Virus record (IMG/VR): IMGVR_UViG_3300019487_000018
Location: 133,459 to 193,297 of that record
DNA from: a virus
Length of the DNA stretch: 59,839 nt
Direction: 5' to 3' (one strand)
Part shown: one piece after another, positions 47,881 through 58,567 of the stretch
Position numbering within the stretch: the stretch's first letter is position 1
Layout of the letters: each line of letters begins with the position of its first letter
Program-made: the position numbers and the translations under genes
The notes under the pieces: generated by a model
The model's database searches: none
What the model saw: only the letters and a program-made list of their open reading frames with translations
What the model was told of the DNA's origin: nothing

Positions 47881-48534
47881 TCATTGACAATTACTTCTCG
47901 TTGCTTTCCGACCTTTCTTCGACTTCTTCATGCCACCGACAGGTTCGCCAAGAGCTTTCTTGCAGTTGTAGGCGTAAGTGGTCGCACCAGCTTTTGACAT
48001 GTCGAGTTCTTTGATCAGAAGTTTGATAAACCCCTGATTGTCGAGAGCATCTTCGGGCTTGACTTCCAAGACGAACTTCTTGTACAGTTCGCGTGCGAGA
48101 ACTTCCTTGCCACCCTTCTTCATCGAACCGTTGGTCTTGACTTCGACTTTTGTCTCGACGAGCTCAGACACTTGTTTCTGTTCCGTCGCAACCGCTTGAT
48201 ACACTTGCGGTTTCGCGAAATGCCACGGCTCCGCAGCCATGAACTTGTCGATCCGAACTTCGCAGATCTTGAGGATTTCTTCCTCATTGGAGATCTGATG
48301 ATTCGCCTTCCAAGCTTCATCGGCGACCGCTTTCGCGACCAGACGAGCTTTGTCGGCGTTGTCGTACACGACTTTGATCCCGATGATCTGGAAGATCAGA
48401 TCTTGAGCTTTCTCCTGCGGCTGTTCCGCAGTTTCGATCGCCGCTTGTACTGCTTGGACAGCCGCGAATCGCGACGTTCCAAGGTCAAGGCGTTCGAAAA
48501 CGAGTTGTGTGTTCACCACTTGCTTTTGCTCCAT
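47881..48534 (-). CDS. Hypothetical early protein, paralog family with putative DNA-binding C-terminus
   Basis: KKGGK...FIKLLIKELDMSKAGATTYAYNCKK. Confidence 0.75.
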   Translation of the reverse strand: MEQKQVVNTQLVFERLDLGTSRFAAVQAVQAAIETAEQPQEKAQDLIFQIIGIKVVYDNADKARLVAKAVADEAWKANHQISNEEEILKICEVRIDKFMAAEPWHFAKPQVYQAVATEQKQVSELVETKVEVKTNGSMKKGGKEVLARELYKKFVLEVKPEDALDNQGFIKLLIKELDMSKAGATTYAYNCKKALGEPVGGMKKSKKGRKATRSNCQ

Positions 48535-48798
48535 CCGTTGTTGTACGGTAAGAACATTATACGCGGATTTGGCAAAATGACAAGCGTTCTAACAACCTCG
48601 AAACAACCTCAAACTACTTGATGGTGACCGGCGTTCTGTTCAATTCACTCGTGACCACGAGTTCACCATGCCGCGCCTGCACGCTGGCGACATGGTACGT
48701 CCCATCCTTCGCAAGCCATGCCACCGAGAGATGATCGCCGTTCAGGAGCTCGACCGTTGCGTTCTCCGTCGACACTTCCTTACAGCCGCCTTTGAAGA

Positions 48799-49098
48799 TC
48801 ATATCATGCCTCCGTTCTTGAGGAGCCAGTATGTTACACCGACCCACACGAGGGCGCCAACAGTCACGCTCGTGTAGTCCCATCGCCACAGCGCCCACAG
48901 GAAGCGCTGCCAGATATTCTGAACGTAAAATCTTCGCATCTTGAACACCCGTTTCTCGAGCCACCGATGGAACATCATGACGATCAGGCCGACGATGGCG
49001 CCTGCGATGATGACGAAGAAGTACGTGCCGGTCTCGCCGCCCATCATGTTCCATAAAGCAGCTTCCGCTGGGTTGCGGTAGACGATGATCTCTTGCAT
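48799..49098 (-). CDS. Membrane protein
   Basis: GGAGG RBS; two hydrophobic segments. Confidence 0.6.
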   Translation of the reverse strand: MQEIIVYRNPAEAALWNMMGGETGTYFFVIIAGAIVGLIVMMFHRWLEKRVFKMRRFYVQNIWQRFLWALWRWDYTSVTVGALVWVGVTYWLLKNGGMI

Positions 49099-49597
49099 GA
49101 TGCCTCCGTGTTTACTAGTCGACGTACAGGTCGACGGGCTTGAACTTGACGTCGTTCATCTTGAGAATGGTGAACAGTTGTTGGCGGACGTGATTGGCTT
49201 CGCTGATCGTATCGTACGCCCATTCGAACACCACCTTACCGCCAGGAGCACCTGGGTCGGTTTGATTCAGAGTGAGACTGCGAACTGCTACATTGTTCTG
49301 GACTTTCGCCCATTCGTTCGCGTCTACGACCAGTGTGACGGAGGCCATATCATCCTTACGGGAGGTAGAAGGTACCGCTGTCTTTCTTGATGTTGCGAGG
49401 CCGACGCATCTTCGCGGATTCTCTCGCAATTGTCCACAGCTCCTTGAACAACGTCGTGAAGGTGCCTTTCTGCACCTTCATGTCGATCGACATCAGGAAC
49501 CCGAGGAGCGCAGCCACCCAACCGAAGTGATACCAGAGGGCGACAATCAGGCCGAGTTGATACAGTCCGCGGACGGGACGGAAGGTGAATGTCATGA

Positions 49598-49885
49598 TCA
49601 CTCCGGATAGGGCCGCACGCCGGCGGAGACAACGCGGGGTTGTTCGACGCACAGGCCTTGGAACAGGAACGCTGGGATCTCTTGGCTCCAGATCGTTTCC
49701 GCTTCGGATTGCGTCATTGTGTAGGCGAGAATGTCGTAGGCGAGATGTCCGCCGGCTTCGAGAGACAGGAAGCGAGGATCCTGGCCTGGGGTGTTCGTGG
49801 TGTAGAAGACGTTCTTGTCGCGAATGCCTCGAAGAACGACATACTTCGCGTTGTGGTTGCCAACTGCAGGCTTGTTCACATTCAT
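49598..49885 (-). CDS. Hypothetical early protein
   Basis: AGGAG RBS; promoter-like element at ~49910-49940. Confidence 0.6.
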   Translation of the reverse strand: MNVNKPAVGNHNAKYVVLRGIRDKNVFYTTNTPGQDPRFLSLEAGGHLAYDILAYTMTQSEAETIWSQEIPAFLFQGLCVEQPRVVSAGVRPYPE

Positions 49886-50146
49886 GAGTGGCTCCTTGAA
49901 GGAGCACGCACCTTACCCTAGTTATCTTGATTTGGCAACTTGAATGAGATATCTTGTTCCAAAGCGATGGCTAGCCGGGCTAACTTAAGCCCACTGCACC
50001 TTTGCTTTCTCTATCTCGTTTTGAATGGTTGCACTCACGGATATTGTTGACGGCAGTAGCGATCAGCACGTCGAACCATCTTTCCATCACTCGCGATGAA
50101 CGCGAATAGTGCGTGGATGGGGTATCGATCAGATCGTCATCGACCT

Positions 50147-50602
50147 CTATGAAGGGTTATTCTTCGGAAAATTTGCACTTTGGTTCCACCAGAACTTATG
50201 AGCAGTCTGCCATAGTGCGTGGAACACAGCTTCGAATTTCCTTACATCAGACCACAACGGCCAAAACTCTTCTCGTTTTGGTAACGGCACCCCAGTAAAT
50301 CCATCGATAAAATCGGAAATCTTTTCATTTGTTATATAATCAAAAGGTGCTTTGAGCTCATCGAACGCCAGGTCATGGCGACAGCCGTGTGAAATCAACC
50401 AGTTTTGATAGTCATCGAACATTTGCATCCGTAGTGCAAAGAACTCATCAAACAGATGATTGATACGATGTACGTACGCCGCACTTACTCTGTCTATTAA
50501 CTTGGCTTCGAACGCTCGTTGGTGCGAAGACCGGTATGCGTTCAATCTCCTTGAGAGTTGTGTTAGCTGGCTGGGATCCAGCATTCGTGCAGATCTGTAC
50601 AC
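50147..50602 (-). CDS. Hypothetical protein
   Basis: 151-aa ORF in the minus-strand run. Confidence 0.5.
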   Translation of the reverse strand: MYRSARMLDPSQLTQLSRRLNAYRSSHQRAFEAKLIDRVSAAYVHRINHLFDEFFALRMQMFDDYQNWLISHGCRHDLAFDELKAPFDYITNEKISDFIDGFTGVPLPKREEFWPLWSDVRKFEAVFHALWQTAHKFWWNQSANFPKNNPS

Positions 50603-50811
50603 GAGTTTTCCTCGATAAACTATAACACATTGTCTCTACAGCTTTTTCCAGACGTACTTCTGAACTTCTGTGAATTCGGTACCCGCACAGCAATTTTGGA
50701 CCGTGCGGTCGGCTGGCTCACCTTTCGGGAGCTCATCACCAATTGTTCGTGCATCTTACCCTTATCTAGGGTAAAGTCAACTACACATCTCCATATCTTC
50801 CACACTTCGTT

Positions 50812-51072
50812 TCAGATGCTCCGATAAGGAGAAGTACGATTGACTTGGGATTGTTTCGGAGCGACGATTCGTTTCGTTCCTTGAGGAACGGGAGCGCCAT
50901 AGTAAAGCTGAACTTCGCCGCTATGTCCGTTTGCGAGTGCCAGTGCACGAGACTTGCTTTTGAACACTGAAGCAAATCGCAGATTCTCGGTCCATTGGAT
51001 GTCGTAATCCTTAGGACCATTCGGAGCGATCACGAGGTACTTGTTGCTGCGCTCGATGACGTATTCGTTCAT
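50812..51072 (-). CDS. Hypothetical early protein
   Basis: Behind TTGCCA-N17-TAAAAT at 51080-51108. Confidence 0.55.
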   Translation of the reverse strand: MNEYVIERSNKYLVIAPNGPKDYDIQWTENLRFASVFKSKSRALALANGHSGEVQLYYGAPVPQGTKRIVAPKQSQVNRTSPYRSI

Positions 51073-51120
51073 GGAGAGCATTTTAACCTAGCGTGCTTGA
51101 TTTGGCAACACGAGTTGACC

Positions 51121-51369
51121 CTAGTAGCCTTTTAGTACGATAGTGTCGTCACTACGCAGAGCGACCAAGATCGCAAGCGGATGCCAATTTGCCATGATCA
51201 TACTTTCTTCCTTTTTGGTAGGTGAGTTTCGGGACTGGCCATATGGCCTCCGATTGACCTTGCCGTGCTTCGGCTGCGTCTTCACAGGCCCTTTGCCGCC
51301 ACCTTTGCGGCGAGCGCTCCACTCTCTCGCTTCACGAGTCTTGCGCGCCATCTTACTGTTTCGAGACAT
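51121..51369 (-). CDS. Small basic protein
   Basis: AGGAG RBS; R/K-rich. Confidence 0.55.
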   Translation of the reverse strand: MSRNSKMARKTREAREWSARRKGGGKGPVKTQPKHGKVNRRPYGQSRNSPTKKEESMIMANWHPLAILVALRSDDTIVLKGY

Positions 51370-51695
51370 TGCTTCTCCTTGAGAAGTTTGTGTTTACTAG
51401 GAAACACTGTATCCTGATTTCATTTCAGGGTCAACGTTTTACAAAAGATCGTTATCTTGCATCCAGGTGACCGTTTGTTGACTGACACGGTGCCAATGTC
51501 GAGCACGATTTTCGGCACGACGTTGAATCTGTTGCTTGACGAGACGTGCATCGCGTTGCTCCTGCGTTTCGCCTTTGTTATTCTTGCGTTTGAATTTCCC
51601 ATGTGCCATTGTCAAGTCCACCTCTGTCTAATGCGTCTAGTGCTTTCGGGCACCGCTTGTTTGAAGTCGTACAGGCACGTGTTATTCTCTAATGG

Positions 51696-51727
51696 AAAAG
51701 AAAAAGGGGCAACACTCGGTTGCCCCT
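51696..51727 (-). terminator. Rho-independent terminator after rIIB
   Basis: AGGGGCAAC-N5-GTTGCCCCT followed by a T-run on the minus strand. Confidence 0.75.
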
Positions 51728-51792
51728 ATCGCCACAGCCAGGCGAAATGGTGGAGGAGGGAGTCACTGGTGAGCTCCCTCCTCACTACATCT

Positions 51793-52821
51793 TTAGATCG
51801 AAGTCGCGTCGTTGAAGAACTGGCGCGACTTGTGACCGCGACCGTCCTTGTAGCCGGCGATGTAGCCGTTCTTGAACTCGCTGTCGGCGTGTTCCTTCGA
51901 GGCGTCGTCGAGCTTGCTTCGGCCATCGACGTAGCCGGCGTTGTAGCCAGCTTCGAAGCCGTAGCTCGGTGTTGAGATCAACCATTGGTAGTCGAGCAAG
52001 TCCAGATCGTCCTCGAACTCGCGATCGGCGTCGTCTTGGTCAGGATCGTAGTCGGTTACGACCGACGTGTTCCAGATTGTCTTGCCACCAGTCGCTTGCT
52101 CGACCTGCTCGTGCGTCAGCTCACCGACGACTTCGTAACGACACGCACGTCCCTTCGTGTTCTTGTAGTCGGTCGGGATCGACACGACATCACGAGGGTT
52201 GATCTTGAGAACGACGATCTTCTCGCCGCTATACGACTGCAGGTAGCCGACAGAACAGAAGTGCAAGCCGTTGGAGCACGTCTCATCCTTGTTGCCGTTG
52301 ACTCGATTGCGAGGCATCTCGACGATTGCACCGAGCGAGTTGTCGGTTTTGCCATCGTGCACCGACTTGTAGTCGTTGCGAACGCGCTTGTACGCGAGGA
52401 ACTGGCCGTCTTCGGTCAGAGGCATCTTGCCGTACTCGAGGAAGCTGTACAGCTCGTCCACTGCACGCTTGGACGGATTCTGCATCAGGTTCTCGAGGAA
52501 CTTCACCATCGGATCGACGTTGAAGCCTTCCTCCATCATCGTGAGGATTCGGTCGCAGATGTAGTTGTGAACGACTTCACCGTTGAAGCTGATCGTACCT
52601 GCGTCTTGATCGACGGTGATCTTGCCTTCCGTGAAGATCGCGACGCTCTTGGCGATGTTGATCAGGTCGGGAATCAACGCGATCTGTTCGGGATCGCCCG
52701 ACTTGGCAGCTTCGACGACAGCCAGGAAGTTCGGGTGCGCAGCTTGGACGACGTACGGATGCACGCCGATCACAAGCGAGAGCACTTCGCCTGGTACGTA
52801 GATCATGCTGAGGTTGGACAT
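51793..52821 (-). CDS. rIIB: rIIB-like protector from prophage-induced early lysis
   Basis: FLENLMQNPS, LTEDG.FLAYK, CS.GLHFCS..Y, INPRDVVSIP.DY...KGR.CRY.V; adjacent to rIIA. Confidence 0.9.
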   Translation of the reverse strand: MSNLSMIYVPGEVLSLVIGVHPYVVQAAHPNFLAVVEAAKSGDPEQIALIPDLINIAKSVAIFTEGKITVDQDAGTISFNGEVVHNYICDRILTMMEEGFNVDPMVKFLENLMQNPSKRAVDELYSFLEYGKMPLTEDGQFLAYKRVRNDYKSVHDGKTDNSLGAIVEMPRNRVNGNKDETCSNGLHFCSVGYLQSYSGEKIVVLKINPRDVVSIPTDYKNTKGRACRYEVVGELTHEQVEQATGGKTIWNTSVVTDYDPDQDDADREFEDDLDLLDYQWLISTPSYGFEAGYNAGYVDGRSKLDDASKEHADSEFKNGYIAGYKDGRGHKSRQFFNDATSI

Positions 52822-53151
52822 ACAAACTCCTTGAAGTGAGGGATGCCTGTTGTCAGGCTCGCTGAGCCTACCCTATCGTGATATGTTTGGCAACAACTAT
52901 TTGACGGCAACCAGTCTCGGCTGAATTGCACCACCTTCCTCGAGTGCTTCGAGGAGAATTGTTGGCAGCTCCATTTCGAAGCCGTCAGCGTAAATGACCG
53001 TCGTGTTATCTCCGTTGATCGACTTCACCTTGAACTGCCGTGTTCCTTGGCGGCTTTTGATGATGTAGTGACCTTGTACTTGCATGGCTAGCTCCGAAAA
53101 AAGAGAGGGGAAGCGACGCGGCCGACGTTGGGTCCACTCCCCTCTCACCCC

Positions 53152-55389
53152 CTAGTTATTACGTGCCTGTTCGCACGTGTTGATGTAATTGACGACGAGC
53201 TGAGCGTGCTTCTCAGTCAGGTTCGACCAACTGATTAGCGAGAACATCTCATACATCTCGAGAACTTTATGCCACATCGCCATCGTGTCATCAACTTCGT
53301 GGGTGACGTACAGCGATACATCAATAATTCTGAAATGGTTGTTCAGCTTGACGATGTGAGCCGTATCATACTTGTGTTGGGAGTAACCAACGACTCGTTC
53401 CATCACCTGAGCAAACGGACCTTCAGCAACTTCGCTTCGCCATTTTCTACGCCACTGAGCGATGATGTTCGCGGTCATTCCCTTGCCGAATCGCTCGACG
53501 AGGTTATGGATCACAAGACAGTTGTCAAGCTCGTGATTCGTGTTCATCGCTACGAACTTGGTGTGAATGTGCGAGAGAATGTTCGTCCATTCCCCACCAC
53601 TATCCTTGGCACGCTTCACATCTTTTTCGTTCATTGCCACCAGACGTTTCGTGTCGTCTTCCTTGATCAGACCGAACGCAACCGCACTTTCGAGAATCTC
53701 GTCGAGATACGACTGCTCGCGACCATTCCACACAATGGTGAACTTTTCGCTCGGAAGATACCATCCACCATCCGACAACTCGATCTCTTGTGCCTTGAAG
53801 CACATCTTCGAGAATGTCCGGCGAAGTTGGTTCTTTCTGTAACCACCGTTCTTTGCAAAGCCAGTCCACACGTTCAGGACGTTTTTGTCTTTCTTCTTAT
53901 ACTTGTACAGTTTCTTGGTTTTCACGAATCCAAGTTCACTGATCAACAGTGGATCAGGCGTGCCAAGATCAGCGAGCAATTTGACAATCTCGCTCTTTGC
54001 TGTCTTCTCTACATCCTTCGAAGTGGGACGAAGAACAAGTGCATAACGATCCCAACGATCGTGGGTTTGATCGAGCTTCGCTTGCAGGAACTGACGCACG
54101 ATGTCGTTCGTGCCGTTGTTGTACATGTCGTCGATCAGCACAGGCATCGCAGGGTGAAGGTTGAACTCGAACTGGAACTTTTTCGCTTTGTCGTTCCAGT
54201 GCTTTTGGCGGTTGGTGACTTCGTATGCGCACTGACGCTGCAGAGTTTTGGTCGATTTTGTCTTGAAATACAGCACGACATCAACGTTCGCAACGTTCGT
54301 CATGTCGAGCGTCAGCTCGTCTGTGAGTTTCTTACCCTGATACGTGAAGGGTTTGGCCTTCTCAAGCTCAGCGAAAATCTTCGTAAGAGCATCGGACTTG
54401 TTGTTTTCGAACGACTTGAACTTCATTCGAGCAACCCACAGCGACGTGCACTTGTCAAACTCTTTCTGCACAGTCGTGTGCATGTCGTGTGCGGCTGCTT
54501 CGAGGATCACAGCGAGATTTGTCACGGTTGCTTTCGTGTACTGCAAAGCTTCACGCGACGCTGCGACGTCAACGTCGCCGATTGGCACGACGAGATTCAC
54601 ATCGAGATCGAGAACCTTCCGAGCACCTGCCGACAGTTTCGCATTCGACAGTTGTGCGACATCGATCGGATACGCAACGTTGCCTTGAACAACGTATGCT
54701 CCGAACTGTGCGTAATCGGTTTCACGCACCATCCAGTTCTTGCCCGAAATCGTGTACTTGAGATCGAATGGCTTGAACGTCTTGCGGCCAACGATGTTGG
54801 GAGTCGGTTTGAAGTACATGAACACGTACTTCGCTTCATTCTCGAAGATCGTAACATCTTCGCGACGGACTTGCAGGGAAACCGTCAGTCCGTTCGGTTC
54901 GTCGGTCGGCACTTGGAGTAAACGAGAGATCGCAGGAGTACCAATGTCGTCGATGAACGCAGTGTACGTGCTCTTCGTTCCGTTCCACCGAGCTTCGACG
55001 TTGAACGACTGTGTATAGCTGAATGGCGACTTGCTGCCAAGCCCCAACGCACCGACGAAGTCGTTCGAGTCTGCTTTTGTTGATTCGAAATACGTCGTGT
55101 ACAGTTCAGTCACGCCTGCGTCGTCGAGACCGATGCCGTTATCCTTGACGTAAAACGTCGGATCGAGAGCGGTCGGCAGATGGACTTCGATGGGAACGTT
55201 CTCTTTGCCGGCGGCTTTGTGACTGTCCCATGCATTGCAGGAAAGTTCGCGAATGATCGCACGGATCTTGTTCGCGTACAAGCCAGATGAAAGGATCTGG
55301 AATGCTTTTGACGTCGCTTTGATCGTGAACGATTTCTTAATGACGTCGCCGCTGGTTTCGACAGCGGGTCGATCGACACTGATTTTCAT
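53152..55389 (-). CDS. rIIA: rIIA-like protein with N-terminal GHKL ATPase
   Basis: LY.NKIRAIIRELSCNAWDSH, DNGIGL, GALGLGSKSPFSY, SREAL.Y. Confidence 0.92.
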   Translation of the reverse strand: MKISVDRPAVETSGDVIKKSFTIKATSKAFQILSSGLYANKIRAIIRELSCNAWDSHKAAGKENVPIEVHLPTALDPTFYVKDNGIGLDDAGVTELYTTYFESTKADSNDFVGALGLGSKSPFSYTQSFNVEARWNGTKSTYTAFIDDIGTPAISRLLQVPTDEPNGLTVSLQVRREDVTIFENEAKYVFMYFKPTPNIVGRKTFKPFDLKYTISGKNWMVRETDYAQFGAYVVQGNVAYPIDVAQLSNAKLSAGARKVLDLDVNLVVPIGDVDVAASREALQYTKATVTNLAVILEAAAHDMHTTVQKEFDKCTSLWVARMKFKSFENNKSDALTKIFAELEKAKPFTYQGKKLTDELTLDMTNVANVDVVLYFKTKSTKTLQRQCAYEVTNRQKHWNDKAKKFQFEFNLHPAMPVLIDDMYNNGTNDIVRQFLQAKLDQTHDRWDRYALVLRPTSKDVEKTAKSEIVKLLADLGTPDPLLISELGFVKTKKLYKYKKKDKNVLNVWTGFAKNGGYRKNQLRRTFSKMCFKAQEIELSDGGWYLPSEKFTIVWNGREQSYLDEILESAVAFGLIKEDDTKRLVAMNEKDVKRAKDSGGEWTNILSHIHTKFVAMNTNHELDNCLVIHNLVERFGKGMTANIIAQWRRKWRSEVAEGPFAQVMERVVGYSQHKYDTAHIVKLNNHFRIIDVSLYVTHEVDDTMAMWHKVLEMYEMFSLISWSNLTEKHAQLVVNYINTCEQARNN

Positions 55390-55467
55390 TTTCTGTCTTC
55401 GTTTGTTCAGGGGGTTGAACAACCACAAAGGACATTGTCCCTCACGGACAGGTTAGGGTCAACCGGT

Positions 55468-55824
55468 TCAGTGCACCGGCCCGCTGCCTTTCATTTTCTT
55501 CAAGACTTCGGCATATACATCATCAGCCTGACTGAGCTGAGTGTCTGGAACGTCCACGACAGGTTCGGGCGGCTGAATTTCAAATACAACCGCTTCGAAG
55601 ATCATCGTCGGGTTCGTTTCACCAGCCTTCGAGTACTCGATTCGAATCTTCGTCTCGTTGGAGTCGGCAATGTAACTGGTGAGGACGTGCTTTACACCAG
55701 TCAAGATTGTCTGAACAGCGAGCACGGTGTCGGATGTGTGCCACAATTCAGCGACTGAAAGAACAGTCCCTTCCTTCGAAGTGCCTGTAGGCACGTGAGT
55801 GGCCCTGACTTGGTATGCTTTCAT
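55468..55824 (-). CDS. Hypothetical protein
   Basis: 118-aa ORF in the minus-strand run. Confidence 0.6.
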   Translation of the reverse strand: MKAYQVRATHVPTGTSKEGTVLSVAELWHTSDTVLAVQTILTGVKHVLTSYIADSNETKIRIEYSKAGETNPTMIFEAVVFEIQPPEPVVDVPDTQLSQADDVYAEVLKKMKGSGPVH

Positions 55825-55849
55825 ATTTGTAAAGTGAACTCAGATCGGT

Positions 55850-56440
55850 TCACGACTTGCTCGCACCTTCGTGCTGTTTCTTGCAGTTGTACGAGTACGT
55901 CGTCGCACCAGGCTTGCCCATGTCGAGCTCCTTCATCAACAGCTTGATGAAGTCTTGGTTCTTCGTGATCTTACCCAACACGACATGCTCGAGGTACAGT
56001 GCGTACGCCGCTTCCTGTTTGCCGCCTTTCTTGATCTTGCCATCCTTTTTGACGACGACCTTCTTCCCCGCAATCTCTTTGGTCTTCTCGTCCGGATTCA
56101 CAACAGGCGCAGAACCTTCGGCACCAGCACTGAACAGCCAAGCCATTGCGGCATTCGCACGCAGCTTGTTCGCGCTGTCTTCCGCATCCTTGATTGCGGC
56201 GGAAGGATCGAACTTGTCACCTTGCTTCAATGCACGCTCGACAACTCCTTGTGCAACGTGCAGAGCGAGTTTGGCGTCCTGATACAGCGACTCCAAACCG
56301 GTGACATCGTTGATGATCTTGATCGCATGCGCGAGAGGATCGTTCGACGCATCGACAGCCGTGCGAACATCTTGCACAGCTTTCAGCGCCGACTTCGTAT
56401 CGATGTTGTATCGATCGAGAACGGTCACCACATCCAGCAT
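55850..56440 (-). CDS. Hypothetical early protein, paralog of 47881-48534
   Basis: KKGGK...FIKLLMKELDMGKPGATTYSYNCKK; behind TTGCCT-N17-TACAAT at 56473-56501. Confidence 0.75.
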   Translation of the reverse strand: MLDVVTVLDRYNIDTKSALKAVQDVRTAVDASNDPLAHAIKIINDVTGLESLYQDAKLALHVAQGVVERALKQGDKFDPSAAIKDAEDSANKLRANAAMAWLFSAGAEGSAPVVNPDEKTKEIAGKKVVVKKDGKIKKGGKQEAAYALYLEHVVLGKITKNQDFIKLLMKELDMGKPGATTYSYNCKKQHEGASKS

Positions 56441-56656
56441 GTTATCTCCTTGAGTTGAACTAACAGATGATCATTGTACACTACCACACGGGATAAGGCA
56501 ACTACAGATCGAGATTGAGGAACTGTTCAACTTCATCGAAACCAGCTTTGTGTGCCTGCTCCGTCGAGACGGTACTCGATTGTCAAATTGTCGGCACCGC
56601 TGGTGGCGAGAACATGAACGTTGCGATTGGCAAATTGCTGCTGCAATTTGCCGGCT

Positions 56657-56905
56657 TCATACTGTCGGCACCTCAGCCTTGAGTTCCTCGATGAGCTGGC
56701 TCATCGGCATCGGAGCGCTGTACTCTGCTTCACCATCGGTGGTGATCTTGACGAGAGAACAGTAGTCCTCGGTTCGAGGGATCTGCACGTGAATGTCCGG
56801 CGTGATTGAAACCGAACCTTCTTCGTACGCGGTCGGTTCGATGACCTCGTAAGGATGGTAGCCCGCTTTGATCAGCTGGCTCTCGACCCATTGAGCTTGT
56901 GTCAT
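56657..56905 (-). CDS. Hypothetical protein
   Basis: AGGA RBS before MTQAQW. Confidence 0.6.
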   Translation of the reverse strand: MTQAQWVESQLIKAGYHPYEVIEPTAYEEGSVSITPDIHVQIPRTEDYCSLVKITTDGEAEYSAPMPMSQLIEELKAEVPTV

Positions 56906-56907
56906 GT

Positions 56908-57096
56908 TCAGTTCCTGTGCGACCGACGCTCGGCGCGCTGCCGGTCTTCGATCGCGGTGAAGTCGATCTCGTAACCGTGCAAGTGAGCACCGCATGTGGG
57001 GCACGGAGGCGGATTGACGAGTCCTTTGGAGTCGGCTTTGACCTCGGTGTGGTACGCGTGGCCGTTGCGACATCTTGCTGTGACAGGGGTTGCCAT
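56908..57096 (-). CDS. Small Zn-ribbon-like protein
   Basis: CRNGH...CPTCG; GAGG RBS. Confidence 0.6.
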   Translation of the reverse strand: MATPVTARCRNGHAYHTEVKADSKGLVNPPPCPTCGAHLHGYEIDFTAIEDRQRAERRSHRN

Positions 57097-57327
57097 TTGT
57101 TCACCTCTTCAGGATCAAGCCGCCAGAACGATTGCACGAAACCGAAAGCCGAAGATCGCGAGCGCATCTTGCACGGTCACGCCCTTGGCCTTCAGCCATT
57201 GAGCAGCCAGGAAATGGCCGACCTTTTGCGCGAGCATCTTCGCATGCATGCCCAGCTTGCACAGCGTTTCGAGATTCATGTTGAACTCCTACTTGAATGT
57301 GACTACACATTACCCTAAATCACACGA

Positions 57328-57681
57328 TTAAGGCAACACGACCGCTTTCGCGACCAGACGAGCTTTGTCGGCGTTGAGACCGACTTCGTAGAGCTCGGCC
57401 GATGTCCACCAACGGCGATCTTCCGGCATGCGGAACATCAGCTCGAACGTATCCTCATCGCGGTGGTGGATGATCAGACACATGCGGCCGTTCGTGCGGT
57501 CACGCGTCTGGTAAACAGAATCGTTCCCATTCATCTGCAGGAACTCGACGTGTTGATTGGTGAACTCGCCCTTGACCGCCTCGGAGGCCAGGCGCCCAAC
57601 AGCGGCATAGTCGGAACGGGCAACGTGGCGTTCTAACTCGCGCCGGTTGAGAAAATCGAGATCGGCGTGTGATGCTTTCAT
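57328..57681 (-). CDS. Hypothetical early protein with captured C-terminus
   Basis: AGGAG RBS; near-terminal residues NADKARLVAKAV are identical at DNA level to part of 47881-48534. Confidence 0.65.
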   Translation of the reverse strand: MKASHADLDFLNRRELERHVARSDYAAVGRLASEAVKGEFTNQHVEFLQMNGNDSVYQTRDRTNGRMCLIIHHRDEDTFELMFRMPEDRRWWTSAELYEVGLNADKARLVAKAVVLP

Positions 57682-57829
57682 TTCTGAGCTCCTGACAACA
57701 CGATGATGAGAAGACAGTATTATACCCCAAATCGCTCTTATCATCAACGTGAACGGATAAGAGAAGGAGATCACGGAGCATGTCGACCTCATGTCTTTAG
57801 CTGCTTCAATGCTCCGTGATCTGACTTCG

Positions 57830-58492
57830 TTACCGCGGCACGTAGAGTCCGGTCTTCTCGCCGCTGCCGTACTGGTTCGCCCAGCGAACCACGCGGTAGC
57901 GAGGAGCCTTTGCAAGCTGGTTCGCTTCGGTGTTGTATCCGTACTTGCGCAGGAGCTCGACCATCTTGTTCACCACGTCGATCGGTTGGGGTGTCCAGTT
58001 TTCGTCCTTGTCGTAGTAAGCGAGACTGAACAGTTGTTCGGACTCCTTCAGCGAGATGCCGAAGAACTTGGCGCCGGCCCCGAAGTACTTGTATGTGACC
58101 TTGCGGCCGCTGGCGTTGCGTGTGGTGTACTCGACCCACGTTTCGCCGATCTCACACCATTCCTCCTGCCAAGGACTTTTGATGCGGACCACGTCGGCGA
58201 ACAACTGCAACCCTTCGGCGATGTTATCCGGAATCGAGCCGGCGTATCCGAGAGCACATGCAGTCGTGCCGCACGAGTGAGCCAACATGTCGCTCGTGGG
58301 AGCGATCTTTGTGTGAGTCGAATACTGACCGTCTTGGAATTGCATGTTGGCAATGCCAAGGACCTTCTGATCTTTGGCGTCGATCTCATCGGCGTGGTCA
58401 GCCCACGAGCTCAGATCGAACTTCTGCGGTGGGATTGTCGCAAGGAAGAATCCGGTCCGCAGGATGCGGGCGACGTTGAAAGGTGTTTTCAT
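57830..58492 (-). CDS. Hypothetical protein
   Basis: GAGG RBS; CGTTACALG motif. Confidence 0.7.
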   Translation of the reverse strand: MKTPFNVARILRTGFFLATIPPQKFDLSSWADHADEIDAKDQKVLGIANMQFQDGQYSTHTKIAPTSDMLAHSCGTTACALGYAGSIPDNIAEGLQLFADVVRIKSPWQEEWCEIGETWVEYTTRNASGRKVTYKYFGAGAKFFGISLKESEQLFSLAYYDKDENWTPQPIDVVNKMVELLRKYGYNTEANQLAKAPRYRVVRWANQYGSGEKTGLYVPR

Positions 58493-58510
58493 GATATCCT
58501 CTTAAGGTTG

Positions 58511-58541
58511 AAAGCGGGCCTGTCGTTCCGACAGGCCCGTT
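58511..58541 (-). terminator. Hairpin terminator candidate
   Basis: CGGGCCTGTCG/CGACAGGCCCG stem followed by CTTT on the minus strand. Confidence 0.6.
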
Positions 58542-58567
58542 GTTCATCGCCACCGAGCGGTTTGCGA

